Below are positions 8,952 to 20,680 of a stretch of DNA of 45,891 bases, in pieces. This DNA comes from Betaproteobacteria bacterium (GTDB lineage: Bacteria > Pseudomonadota > Gammaproteobacteria > Burkholderiales > SG8-39). Every line of letters starts with the position of its first letter. Position 1 is the first letter of the stretch. The stretch lies in the NCBI GenBank assembly GCA_029863065.1, contig JAOTWE010000002.1, positions 1 through 45,891 of the forward strand. Direction: 5' to 3'. The position numbers and the translations under genes are program-made. Under the pieces are notes generated by a model. The model had not been told where the DNA came from. It ran no database searches and worked only from the letters and a program-made list of their open reading frames with translations.

Positions 8952-11661
8952 GTGCCGCCTCCGCCTGCGTCAGTGTGAACGTGAATGCCGCGCCCTTGCC
9001 CGGCTCGCCCACGGCCCAGATGCGGTGTCCGTGCCGGTGCACGATGCGCCGCGCGGTCGCCAGGCCGATGCCCGTGCCCTCGAATTCCTCGTCGCGATGC
9101 AGCCGCTGGAACACGCCGAACAGCTTGTCCTTGAAGCGCGCATCGAAGCCGACGCCGTTGTCGCGCACGGTAATCTCCACGGCGCCCCGCTCCCCGGCGC
9201 GCGCTTCCACGGCGATGCGCGCCATGGGCTGCGCGCGCGAGTACTTGAGCGCGTTGGACAGAAGATTTTGCAGGACAATGCGCAGCAGCGAGGCGTCGGC
9301 CATCACTTCGGGCAAATCGTCGATCGCCCACAGCACCTTGCGCTTGCCGGATTCAGCGCCCAATTCACGGATCAGGTCGCGCACCAGCGCACCGAGATCC
9401 ACGCGCTGCAGCGCGAGCTCCTGGCGTCCGGTGCGTGACAGGGTGAGCAGGTCGTCGATCAGCGTCCCCATGCGCCGGGCGGCGGCGGCAATCGTGGCGA
9501 TGTAATGCGCCGCCTTGGCGCTCGGCGGCGCCACCTCCTTCTCCAGCAGTCGCAGGAAACCGTCCACGTGGCGCACCGGCGCGCGCAGGTCGTGCGACAC
9601 CGAGTAGCTGAAGGCCTCGAGCTCCAGGTTCGCCGCTTCCAGGTCCGTCGTGCGCTGGCGCACGCGCTCTTCCAGCTCGCGCGTCAGCGCGCCGAGCTTG
9701 TCGCGCTCGGCGAGCTTGTCGAGCGCGAAGGAAATGTCGTCGGCCATGCGCGTCAGCAGCTCCACCATCGATGGATTGAAGAAGTCCACGGCATCGGCGT
9801 GCACCGTCAGCGCGCCGATGACGCTGCCGCCCTCGGATAACGGAAATGAAGCGGTCGATCTGGAGCCGATACGCTCGCGAATGGGTCGCGCGACCGCCTT
9901 CGTCGGGTCGCCGTCGGCGTCGTTCGCGACCGCCACAAGGTTCGTGCGCACCGCCGTCGCGGTCACTGTGACGGCGAGGGGGTCCGACGGGTCGAGCGGG
10001 AACGTCACATCGCGCATAACGCCGCTTCTCGATCCCGCAAATACGTGTGGCACGATGCGCCGCCGCGCGTGGTCGACGAGCGCGATCGAGGCTACCAGGA
10101 AATGCATGCGCTCGACGCAGATACGGCAAACCTCGCGGAACAGCTCCTCGCGCTCGCGTACCCGCACCAGGGTCTCGTTCACCTCGGAGAGCGCCGCGAA
10201 CATGCGCTGCGTGAGCTCCAGGCGCCTTTCGGCGCGCAAGCGCTCGCTGATCTCGTTAACGAGGACCAGGCGGGTGCGGCGGCCCTCCCAGTCGAAATCG
10301 TTGCTGAAAATCCCGACGTCGATGCTTTCGCCACCCTTGGTGAGATGCCGCCACACACCGTACTGGCGCGGACCCTGCGCGGTGCGGTCCAGATTCAGGA
10401 AGCGCTCGCGTTCCTCGGCCGGCCGGATGTCAAGCACGGTCATGGCCAGGAACTCCTCGCGCGCGTAGCCATAGCGCCGGACGGCAGCATCGTTCACGGC
10501 CACAAACCGCAGGTCGGCCTTGTCGTAGATCCACATCGGCTGCGGATTGGTCTCGAAGAGCAGGCGGTAGCGCCGCTCGCTCGATTCGAGCGCCATCAGC
10601 GCGCGCTCCGTGCGCTCGCTGCTGCGGTTCAGTTCGGTCGCCACCGCGGCGAGCTCGCGCGGCCCGGTGACCGGAAGGGGGGCATCGCCGCGCCCAGTGG
10701 CGCGCATGCGCAGCGCCTCCGCGATCAGCGCAATCGGCCGCGCCAGCCGGCGCGCGAACGTGACCGCGAGCGCGATGACCAGCGCGATCACCAACGATGC
10801 CAGCAGCACGACCTTGGTCGTTCGCTCCTGCACAGGCCCGATCACCTGCTCGGCCGGTATGCTGGCGAGTACGATCCAGTCGGTCGCCGCCACGCGCTGG
10901 AATCCCCAGATGCGGTCCGCGTCGGCCGCGTCGCGCTCGCGCACGGTGCCCGCAGGGGCGGCGCGCACGTGCGCCATGATCTCGCTGCCCGCGAGGTCAC
11001 GGCCGATCCACGCTTCTGGCTCGCTGCTCCTTGCGATCACCACGCTGTGGTCCAGCAGCGCCACGGTCGTACCTGCGGGCAGCCCGCTCTTCAGGGGAAG
11101 CAGGTCCAAGCTGGCGAGATCGATCGCCATGCTCACGGTGCCGGCGACAGTGCCGTCCTCGCCCACCACCGGCTGTACGGCGGCCACCATCCAGCGCCTG
11201 CTGACCCGGCCGATGATCGGCCGCGACAGCGCGAAGCTGCCCGTCGCCAGAACTTCACGCGGCGGCAACTCGTCGACAATGCCCAGGACGCGGTCAGCCG
11301 GCGGCGGTATGGCGCCGCACAGGATGCGTCCCTCGCGGTCCACGACCAGGAAGTTGGCCGCTTTCGGGTAAAGGTCGAGCAACTCGCGCAATCCCGGATC
11401 GCAGCGCGCCGGGTCCATGGCACGAACGAGCGGCCGCCAGGCGACCGCCTGCAGCACGGCGCGCGTATCGGCCACGAAGCGCGCGGCGCGGTCGGCGTGA
11501 TTTTCGGCCAATCTGCGGATATCGGCCTGGGCTTCCGTCAGCTCGCGTTGCGCCTGCGCATACAGCAGATAGGCGGTAATCGCCGCCAGCGGCAATACGA
11601 GCACGGCGACGAGCAGCGCGAGCTCGCCGTGGATGCTTTGCGGCCGTAGCCGGAATGCCAT
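8923..11661 (-). CDS. Membrane sensor histidine kinase: TM, Cache-like periplasmic domain, TM, HAMP, PAS, GAF, HisKA, HATPase_c.
   Basis: 912 aa. N-terminal TM LALLVAVLVLPLAAITAYLL; second TM VVLLASLVIALVIALAV followed by HAMP; SERRYRLLFETNPQPMWIYD (PAS); FSYSVSHDLRAPVRHVDGF (H-box); NLLSNALKYS, VRDNGVGFD, GTGIGLATARRIV. Confidence 0.9.
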   Translation of the reverse strand: MAFRLRPQSIHGELALLVAVLVLPLAAITAYLLYAQAQRELTEAQADIRRLAENHADRAARFVADTRAVLQAVAWRPLVRAMDPARCDPGLRELLDLYPKAANFLVVDREGRILCGAIPPPADRVLGIVDELPPREVLATGSFALSRPIIGRVSRRWMVAAVQPVVGEDGTVAGTVSMAIDLASLDLLPLKSGLPAGTTVALLDHSVVIARSSEPEAWIGRDLAGSEIMAHVRAAPAGTVRERDAADADRIWGFQRVAATDWIVLASIPAEQVIGPVQERTTKVVLLASLVIALVIALAVTFARRLARPIALIAEALRMRATGRGDAPLPVTGPRELAAVATELNRSSERTERALMALESSERRYRLLFETNPQPMWIYDKADLRFVAVNDAAVRRYGYAREEFLAMTVLDIRPAEERERFLNLDRTAQGPRQYGVWRHLTKGGESIDVGIFSNDFDWEGRRTRLVLVNEISERLRAERRLELTQRMFAALSEVNETLVRVREREELFREVCRICVERMHFLVASIALVDHARRRIVPHVFAGSRSGVMRDVTFPLDPSDPLAVTVTATAVRTNLVAVANDADGDPTKAVARPIRERIGSRSTASFPLSEGGSVIGALTVHADAVDFFNPSMVELLTRMADDISFALDKLAERDKLGALTRELEERVRQRTTDLEAANLELEAFSYSVSHDLRAPVRHVDGFLRLLEKEVAPPSAKAAHYIATIAAAARRMGTLIDDLLTLSRTGRQELALQRVDLGALVRDLIRELGAESGKRKVLWAIDDLPEVMADASLLRIVLQNLLSNALKYSRAQPMARIAVEARAGERGAVEITVRDNGVGFDARFKDKLFGVFQRLHRDEEFEGTGIGLATARRIVHRHGHRIWAVGEPGKGAAFTFTLTQAEAAHEGSAHIAG

Positions 11662-11800
11662 TGCGCCGACCCACTCCCTTCCCGGAGCGCAGCGCGCCCC
11701 TCTGCTGCGATTGTCGCCCGATCGGTTGAAATCGGCTCGCGCCCACCCCGCGTAAACAGGCCAATCGCGTCACCTATTTAACATTCGCGGTGGCAGTAGA

Positions 11801-11836
11801 CAAAAAGCATGGCCCGCCGGTACGACCGTGTGGGCC
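11801..11836 (-). terminator. Candidate intrinsic terminator downstream of tRNA-Ala.
   Basis: Minus-sense RNA GGCCCAC-loop-GCGGGCC (one mismatch) followed by AUGCUUUUUG. Confidence 0.4.
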
Positions 11837-11847
11837 TTGGAAATCCG

Positions 11848-11923
<76 letters not shown>

Positions 11924-12036
11924 GTGGGAAGTCGCGGATTTTACAGCAGATCCGGCCTTCCGGGACGATGCGCGGGCGCATTGCAGCAGCGCCCGCGCAG
12001 CCGCTATGATGGCTGCGCCTTTGCGGGGTATCTCCA

Positions 12037-12777
12037 ATGCAGATCAGTCCGCCGTTCGGCTACACGGAGGTGGTTCCGCTCCTAAAGACGCACCGCGTGC
12101 GCCTGTTGCGCGCGGGCGAGGTGCCGCCGTTCGCGCGCGCGCTGAATGCGATCCCGATCAGCTACACGGAATTCGCGCCGGCCGCGCGCGACTATCCCAT
12201 CGTCTTCACCTCCGGCGACGGCGGCAAGACCTATGCGCCGGTCGCGGTACTCGGCATGAGCACGGGCGAGAACCTGTTCCGCGCCGAGGAAGACTGGGCG
12301 AAGGACGTGTACGTGCCGGCCTACGTACGCCGCTACCCGTTTTGCATGGCCCGGGTCAGGCTGCAGGACGTCGAGCGGCGCGACCGGCTGATTTGCGTCG
12401 AAAAAGCTTGCGTCGACGACTCCGGCGGCGAACCGCTGTTCGACGACCAGGGCGAGCCGCTCGCCAAGTGGCGGAATTTGCAGCGCCTGCTCGTCGAGTA
12501 CGAGGCGGACCTAGAACGCGGCCGCGAGCTGTGCGCGATCCTCGGCGACTATGCCCTGCTGCAGCCATTCAGCATGCAGGCAACGCTCAACGCCGGCGGC
12601 CAGATGCAGCTCACGGGCATGCACCGGGTGGATGAAGCGAAGATCGAGCACCTCAATGCCAGCCAGTTCAAGAACCTGGCGAACAAGGGCATCCTCGGGC
12701 GCATTTACGCCCACCTGCTGTCATTGGAGAACTTCAAGCGCCTGCTGCAGCGGCGCGCCGGCGGCACGCCGGCCTGA
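12037..12777 (+). CDS. SapC-family protein.
   Basis: 246 aa with SapC-like blocks EFAPAARDYPIVF...PVAVLGMSTGENLF...YVPAYVRRYPF. Confidence 0.8.
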   Translation: MQISPPFGYTEVVPLLKTHRVRLLRAGEVPPFARALNAIPISYTEFAPAARDYPIVFTSGDGGKTYAPVAVLGMSTGENLFRAEEDWAKDVYVPAYVRRYPFCMARVRLQDVERRDRLICVEKACVDDSGGEPLFDDQGEPLAKWRNLQRLLVEYEADLERGRELCAILGDYALLQPFSMQATLNAGGQMQLTGMHRVDEAKIEHLNASQFKNLANKGILGRIYAHLLSLENFKRLLQRRAGGTPA

Positions 12778-12781
12778 GCCC

Positions 12782-13222
12782 TCAAGATCGCGGTTGGGGC
12801 GCGCGCGCTTCCGGCGCCGGAATGAAGACATTGACGGAATTGAGCGCTGCGATCTGCAATTGCACTTCCCAGTAGTAGAAGTGCAGATAGCTGAGCAGCA
12901 GCACCACGATCAGCAACACCTCCCGCACCATCCGCCGGCGTTCGTGCTCGCGGTAGCCTTGCGGCTGGCCGCCCGCAGCCTGCTTGAGGAATTCCAGGAC
13001 TTGGGCGTGCGTCTGCAGCTTTCTGCCGGCCAGTTCTTCGAGGTAGCGGTGCAGCGACGCAGGCGAATTGTACGTGTCGTCGCCGTCCGCAGCGCCGCCG
13101 GCCTGCGTTTTCGCTTTCGATTGCGCGCGCCGGCCGGCTTCTTTCAGCCACTGCGGCAGCAGATCCCCGTCGTTTGCGTCGTTGTCGCTCAGCGCGAACT
13201 CCCGGATTGAACCGTATGGCAC
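12782..13222 (-). CDS. Hypothetical tail-anchored membrane protein (acidic N-terminus, one C-terminal TM).
   Basis: 146-aa ORF with GTG start. TM segment VLLIVVLLLSYLHFYYW. Lies 41 nt downstream of the response-regulator gene on the same strand. I recognise no family. Confidence 0.45.
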   Translation of the reverse strand: MPYGSIREFALSDNDANDGDLLPQWLKEAGRRAQSKAKTQAGGAADGDDTYNSPASLHRYLEELAGRKLQTHAQVLEFLKQAAGGQPQGYREHERRRMVREVLLIVVLLLSYLHFYYWEVQLQIAALNSVNVFIPAPEARAPQPRS

Positions 13223-13263
13223 TGTGACACAACGGTCCGGACGCGGCTTATCCGCATGTCCGG

Positions 13264-14043
13264 CTACGCGGCCCCGACCTGCTTCAGGACACGCCGGATA
13301 ACGTCCGCGAGAATGTTCTTGGTGTAGGGCTTGGTGATGTAGCCGTCGGCTCCCAGCAGCAGGCCCTTGCCGATGTCCTCGGCTTGGTTCTCGGCGGTGA
13401 GCATGACGATCGGCAGCGAGCCGAGCACCGCGTGGCGCCGCATCTTGGAGAGAAGGTCAAAGCCGTTGCCATCCGGCAAGATGACGTCGAGCAGCAGGAG
13501 GTCGGGGGCGCCTTCATCGAGCATGCTGTGGAGGAACTCGTTCACCGACTTGGCGACGCGAACCTTGTAGCCGGCCATGCTTACCCTGAGATCGGCGAGC
13601 GCAAGCTGATCGGGATCGTCCTCGACGATCAGCACCACGCAGTCGGCGGGCGGCTTGCGCGGCGCCGGGCGGCGGCTGAGGCGATCCGCCGATATGTAGG
13701 CGCCGGTGCGCGCCAGCGCGGCGCTCGCCGAAGCGCCGTCGCGCCTCATGCGCGCCTGGTCCAGACCGAGCGTGCGGTCGGCTTCGAGCGTCGAGAAGGT
13801 CGAGCCGCCCTCCAGTCCTTCGCTGGACGCCTCGATAAGGCCGAGATCTTCCATTTCCGTCAGCCATTCGTCGAGCACGTTCCTCGGGTAGCGGCGCAGC
13901 AGTTCGCCCACCACGCCGTCCTGGCCGTGGAAGTCCATCAGCCACAGAATGCGCCGGTAGTCCTCGGGCACCGCCATGTCCTGGCTTTCCCAGGCTGCCC
14001 GGCCGGCCACGGTCAATCGAAAGGTGCGCGCTTTTTCTGCCAT
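13264..14043 (-). CDS. Response regulator with a C-terminal REC and an uncharacterised N-terminal domain of about 100 aa.
   Basis: C-terminus VVLIVEDDPDQLAL..LLLLDVILPDGNGFDLL..IVMLTAEN..GADGYITKP. The N-terminus (YRRILWLMDFHGQDGVVGELLRRYPRNVLDEWLTEMEDLGLIE) looks winged-helix-like, which is only an impression. Confidence 0.8.
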   Translation of the reverse strand: MAEKARTFRLTVAGRAAWESQDMAVPEDYRRILWLMDFHGQDGVVGELLRRYPRNVLDEWLTEMEDLGLIEASSEGLEGGSTFSTLEADRTLGLDQARMRRDGASASAALARTGAYISADRLSRRPAPRKPPADCVVLIVEDDPDQLALADLRVSMAGYKVRVAKSVNEFLHSMLDEGAPDLLLLDVILPDGNGFDLLSKMRRHAVLGSLPIVMLTAENQAEDIGKGLLLGADGYITKPYTKNILADVIRRVLKQVGAA

Positions 14044-14151
14044 TTCTTAGGATCGTACTGTATTGCGGAAAGGCGCGATTATGCGCCGAAGCCCGGCCGC
14101 CGCGGCAAGCGCAGTGCGGGGCGCCGTTCGGCGCCGCGTTAACATGCCAGC

Positions 14152-14853
14152 ATGACGCACGCCGGCCGCATGCTGTCCATCACCGGATTCAGTGATCCAG
14201 TCAGCTCCATAACCCATCTGGGCGGCGCGGTGGTGTTCGCAATTCTGGCCGCGGCGCTCTTGCGCCGCAGTGGCGGCGACCGCGCGCGCGTGATTTCGCT
14301 ATCCGTATTCGCGGTGTCGTGTGTGCTGCTGCTCGGCCTGAGCGGCGCATATCACCTGTTGTCTCCCGATACTGCCGGCCGGGCGGTGCTCAAGCGCCTG
14401 GACCATGCCGCAATCTTCGTGCTGATCGCGGGAAGCTTCACGCCGGTGCACACTATTCTGTTCCGCGGCGCATTGCGCTGGGGCATGCTGTCAGGCATCT
14501 GGGCAGCCGCGACCGCCGGCGTCATCGTCAAGACCGTCTATTTCGACGTCATGCCGGAATGGCTCGGGCTGACGATGTACCTGGGGCTGGGCTGGCTCGG
14601 CGTGATTTCCGCGACGGCGCTGGCGCGCCGGTACGGCTGGCGCCCACTGCAGCTCGTGCTCTGGGGCGCGCTCGCCTACACCGCCGGGGCGCTGACCGAA
14701 TTCCAGCGCTGGCCGCTGCTCATGGCGGGGATCGTCGGGCCGCACGAGATGTTCCATCTCGCGGTGCTCGGCGGCATCGCCTGCCACTGGGCCTTCATCG
14801 CCGGTATCGCCTCGGGCAAGGCGAAGTGGGCCGTGTTGGATTCGAGCCGATGA
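14152..14853 (+). CDS. Hemolysin III / PAQR-family integral membrane protein.
   Basis: 233 aa, 7 predicted TM segments. Family-like motifs SAYHL...RLDHAAIFVLIAGSFTP...HEMFHLAVLGG. Confidence 0.85.
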   Translation: MTHAGRMLSITGFSDPVSSITHLGGAVVFAILAAALLRRSGGDRARVISLSVFAVSCVLLLGLSGAYHLLSPDTAGRAVLKRLDHAAIFVLIAGSFTPVHTILFRGALRWGMLSGIWAAATAGVIVKTVYFDVMPEWLGLTMYLGLGWLGVISATALARRYGWRPLQLVLWGALAYTAGALTEFQRWPLLMAGIVGPHEMFHLAVLGGIACHWAFIAGIASGKAKWAVLDSSR

Positions 14854-14860
14854 ACATGGC

Positions 14861-17800
14861 ATGATGCATTTGGAGGGTCGAATCCGCAAAACCGGGCAGC
14901 AACCGCGCGTAACGCCGCCCACGCACCCCGATCGGCAAGGGGGCCGGGGACTGTGGTCCTCAGGGATCGTGCTAGCGGCGGGAATGGCCCTGTCAGTCAC
15001 CGCGTATTTCTTCGCCCGCGCCGTGATCGAGCGCGAGGCGTACTTCAAGTTCGAGTCCGCGACGCTCGCCTTGGAAGCCGCCGCCACTACGCGCATGCGC
15101 AGTTACTCTGACTTGCTGTTCGGCGTGCAAGGTTTGTTCCAGGCTCATCCCGGGACCTCGCGCGCCGACTTCGACAACTACGTCTATAGCCTGGACCTGC
15201 CCGTACGCTATCCCGGTGTTCGTTCGATTTCCTTTGCCCCCCGCGTGCCGGCCTCCGAGAAGGAAAAATTCGCATCGCAGTTGCACAGCGACCCGGAGCT
15301 CATCCGGCGCGGGTATGAGAATGTCGCGATCAGGCCCGCGGGGGAGCGTCCCGAACACTTCGTGATCACGTACGTCGAACCGCTGCACTCCAATAAGAGG
15401 GCGCTGGGTTTCGACCTCGCCTCCGACCCCAAACGAATGGCCCTGGTGAAGCGGGCTCGCGACACGGGCATGCCGGCCCTGTCGGGGCCGCTTACGCTGG
15501 AACTCGACCCGACGCGGAGCGAGATCGGGCTGGTGATGCGCCTCGCGCTGTATCGCAAGAATGCGTTTACACCGGATGTCGAGCGACGCCGTGAGGCTTT
15601 TGTCGGTGTCGCGAACGTGACCTTCATGGTGAGCAATCTGGCGCAGCACACACTGTCGGGCCAAGGTCATCACTTGTTCACGTTCACTATCCAGGATACC
15701 GGCTTCGTCGACAGCGACCCGAAACCGGCGCCGGTTGAGTTGTACTCAAATGCCGCGCTGCTGCCTGAACGAACCGGTCCGTTTCTTGAGAATTCTGTCA
15801 ATGTTGATCTGGGTCAGCGCCGCTGGCAGCTGAAATTCGGCGCGCCGCAGGAACTCTTCTTGCGACCCGCCGATCGGGCGTTGCCCTGGATCGCGCTCGC
15901 CGCGATGCTGGGGTTAAGCCTGCTGTTGAGCGGCTTGATCCGCTCGCTGGCCGGCTCCCGGGAGCGGGCCAACAGGCTGGCCGCGCGGATGACGGCCGAC
16001 TTGCAGGAGAGCCAGGCCAGGCTCAGCGAAGAGCAGCGCAGGACGCAGGAACTGATCGAGGTGCTGCCCAACCCGATCTATTTCAAAGGCACCGATGGCC
16101 GCTATCTCGGCGTAAACAAGGCGTGGGAAGCCTACTTTGGCGTGCCGCGCCAGGAATTCCTGGGCAAGACCGTGCACGACCTTTATCCCGACGACCCCGA
16201 AACCGCGCGGCGGCTGGACGCGGATGATCGGGCGCTGTGGAGCCATGGCGGACCCAAGTCCTACGAAACGACCATCAGGACCCCCGACGGAAAGGTGCGT
16301 AACACCATTTACTACAAGGCCACCTTTGCCGACAGCGACGGCGCCGTTGCCGGCTTGATCGGCACCATCGTCGATATCACCGAGCGCAAGCAGGCCGAAA
16401 TGCGGCTGGCGCTGGAGCATGCGGTGGCCCGCTTGTTGTCGGATACCGATCGATCGGACGAAAAGATTGCGCAAATCATCCAAGTCGTCGGTGAAGCGCT
16501 GGGCTGCGCCTGCGGCGCATACTGGCACGCGGACCAGCAAGCTCAGGTGATGGTGTGCGCCGAAACCTGGACTATTGCGTCCGCCGCGATCGAGCAGTTT
16601 GCGGCGGGCAACCGCACCTTGAGGCACCCGCTACACCTGCCTGGCGGACTGTTCATGCGCGTGTGGAGCAGTGGCCGGCCGGTATGGGTTGACGACGTGA
16701 CTCAGGACATGTCATTCCGGCGCGCGCCGCTCGCGGCAGGAGCGGGATTGCGCGGAGCTTTCGCCTTTCCGGTCCGCTCCGGCACCGACACGCTCGGCGT
16801 CATGGAGTTCTTCAGCCAGGCCAGCAGTGCGCCCGATGAGGCGCTGTTGCGGAGCACCGTCGCGATCGGTACTCAGATCGGTGTGTTCCTGTCGCACAAG
16901 CAGGCGGAGGAGCGCATCCGCCATCTCGCGAATTACGATGAGCTCACTGGATTGAGCAACCGCAACATGTTCTATGAGCGCATGAGCCACGCGCTGGCGA
17001 AGGCGCGCCGCGACAACAAGCCGTTGGGGATCCTGTTTCTCGACCTCGACCGTTTCAAGAACATAAACGACTCGCTCGGTCACGGCGCCGGCGACAGCGT
17101 GCTCAGGGAAGTCGCGCGACGGTTGCGCGAGTGCCTACGCGAAAGCGACATCGTCGGCCGTTTCGGGGGGGACGAGTTCGTAGTGCTGCTCGAGACAATG
17201 CCGCAGCCGACGCATAGCGCCGTCGTGGCGCAGAAGATCCTCGCCGCGATTGCCAGACCGTTCGCCGTCGAGGGACAGGACTTTCACCTCACCGCGAGCA
17301 TCGGCATCAGCACGTACCCTGCTGACGGCGAGGACGCGCAGGGCTTGCTGACGAACGCGGACATCGCGATGTACCGCGCCAAGGAACAGGGAAAGAACAA
17401 CTATCAGTTCCACTCGGCACAGATGAACGTTCATACTCGGGAACGCATGGCGCTGGAATCCGGCCTGCGCGGCGCCCTCGCGCGCAACGAGTTCGTGCTT
17501 CATTTCCAGCCCAAGGTCGATCTCGAAAGCCAACGCATCGTCGGCACGGAGGCGTTGGTGCGCTGGCGGCATCCTGACATCGGCTTGATCCCGCCCGCGC
17601 AGTTCATTCCGATGGCGGAGGAAACCGGCCTGATCGTTCCGATCGGCGAATGGGTTCTGAAAGCGGCCTGTGCGCAGAGCAGATTCTGGCGGGACCAGGG
17701 GCTGCCGCCGCTGCGCATCGCGGTGAACCTGTCGCCGCGCCAGTTCGCTCATGACGCGCTGTTGCAGGACGTGGAAAGGATGTTGAGCGAACACGAGCTG

Positions 17801-18247
17801 GATTTGGCGGCGCTGGAACTCGAGGTCACCGAGAGCATGGTGATGCACAATCCGGAGCGCGCGGCGCTGCTGCTCGACAAGCTGAAGACCGCGGGCGTCA
17901 CCGTCGCCATCGATGACTTCGGCACCGGCTACTCGTCGTTGAGCTATCTGAAGCGCTTCCCGATCGACAGCCTGAAGATCGACCGCTCGTTCATCAAGGA
18001 CCTGCCCCTGGACAGCGAGGATGCCGCGATAACTCAGGCGATCATCGTCATGGCGCACAGCCTGGGGCTGAAGGTCATCGCCGAAGGCGTCGAGACCGAG
18101 GAACAGGCCGCCTTTCTGCGCGCCAACGGATGCGACCAAGCGCAGGGATACTACTTCAGCAAGCCCCTGCCGGCGAACGAATTGGCCCGCCTCATGATGG
18201 AAGACGCGGGTTCGGCCAAACCACGGAAAGTCGAGTCGGACATCTGA
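14861..18247 (+). CDS. Membrane CHASE, PAS, GAF, GGDEF, EAL signalling protein.
   Basis: 1128 aa. TM, then CHASE-like periplasmic region (YSDLLFGVQGLF...PGVRSISFAPRV...ITYVEPL..N..ALGFDL), second TM, PAS (NPIYFKGTDGRYLGVNKAWE), GAF, RESD I-site plus GRFGGDEF, EALVRW, EVTES, DDFGTGYSSLSYL, AEGVETE. Exact start uncertain. Confidence 0.9.
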   Translation: MMHLEGRIRKTGQQPRVTPPTHPDRQGGRGLWSSGIVLAAGMALSVTAYFFARAVIEREAYFKFESATLALEAAATTRMRSYSDLLFGVQGLFQAHPGTSRADFDNYVYSLDLPVRYPGVRSISFAPRVPASEKEKFASQLHSDPELIRRGYENVAIRPAGERPEHFVITYVEPLHSNKRALGFDLASDPKRMALVKRARDTGMPALSGPLTLELDPTRSEIGLVMRLALYRKNAFTPDVERRREAFVGVANVTFMVSNLAQHTLSGQGHHLFTFTIQDTGFVDSDPKPAPVELYSNAALLPERTGPFLENSVNVDLGQRRWQLKFGAPQELFLRPADRALPWIALAAMLGLSLLLSGLIRSLAGSRERANRLAARMTADLQESQARLSEEQRRTQELIEVLPNPIYFKGTDGRYLGVNKAWEAYFGVPRQEFLGKTVHDLYPDDPETARRLDADDRALWSHGGPKSYETTIRTPDGKVRNTIYYKATFADSDGAVAGLIGTIVDITERKQAEMRLALEHAVARLLSDTDRSDEKIAQIIQVVGEALGCACGAYWHADQQAQVMVCAETWTIASAAIEQFAAGNRTLRHPLHLPGGLFMRVWSSGRPVWVDDVTQDMSFRRAPLAAGAGLRGAFAFPVRSGTDTLGVMEFFSQASSAPDEALLRSTVAIGTQIGVFLSHKQAEERIRHLANYDELTGLSNRNMFYERMSHALAKARRDNKPLGILFLDLDRFKNINDSLGHGAGDSVLREVARRLRECLRESDIVGRFGGDEFVVLLETMPQPTHSAVVAQKILAAIARPFAVEGQDFHLTASIGISTYPADGEDAQGLLTNADIAMYRAKEQGKNNYQFHSAQMNVHTRERMALESGLRGALARNEFVLHFQPKVDLESQRIVGTEALVRWRHPDIGLIPPAQFIPMAEETGLIVPIGEWVLKAACAQSRFWRDQGLPPLRIAVNLSPRQFAHDALLQDVERMLSEHELDLAALELEVTESMVMHNPERAALLLDKLKTAGVTVAIDDFGTGYSSLSYLKRFPIDSLKIDRSFIKDLPLDSEDAAITQAIIVMAHSLGLKVIAEGVETEEQAAFLRANGCDQAQGYYFSKPLPANELARLMMEDAGSAKPRKVESDI

Positions 18248-18257
18248 AGTCGCTGAG

Positions 18258-18331
18258 TGGGCCGGCTTGGATTCGAACCAAGGACCAAGGGATTATGAGT
18301 CCCCTGCTCTGACCGACTGAGCTACCGGCCC
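18258..18331 (-). tRNA. tRNA with anticodon CAT. Probably tRNA-Ile2 (lysidine-modified) rather than elongator Met. Not an initiator (G1:C72). No encoded CCA.
   Basis: Hand-folded: GGGCCGG TA GCTC AGTCGGTCA GAGC A GGGGA CTCATAA TCCCT TGGTC CTTGG TTCGAAT CCAAG CCGGCCC A. Anticodon arm and variable loop resemble E. coli ileX as I remember it. Confidence 0.88.
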
Positions 18332-18334
18332 GCG

Positions 18335-18358
18335 TGAAAGGGGGGCTGCGCCCCCCTT
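18335..18358 (-). terminator. Hairpin after the rpoD stop (candidate terminator).
   Basis: Minus-sense RNA AAGGGGGGC GCA GCCCCCCUU followed by UCACGC, a short U run. Confidence 0.45.
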
Positions 18359-18368
18359 CAGATCCCCC

Positions 18369-20645
<2,277 letters not shown>

Positions 20646-20680
20646 TCTTGCCTCGCCCTCGCCCATGGACCACCGGGCCG

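Noticed and set aside
14152-14853. Hemolysin III as a virulence toxin.
   Set aside because: The family (PAQR/YqfA) is a widespread 7-TM housekeeping membrane-protein family. No secretion or activation genes are adjacent.
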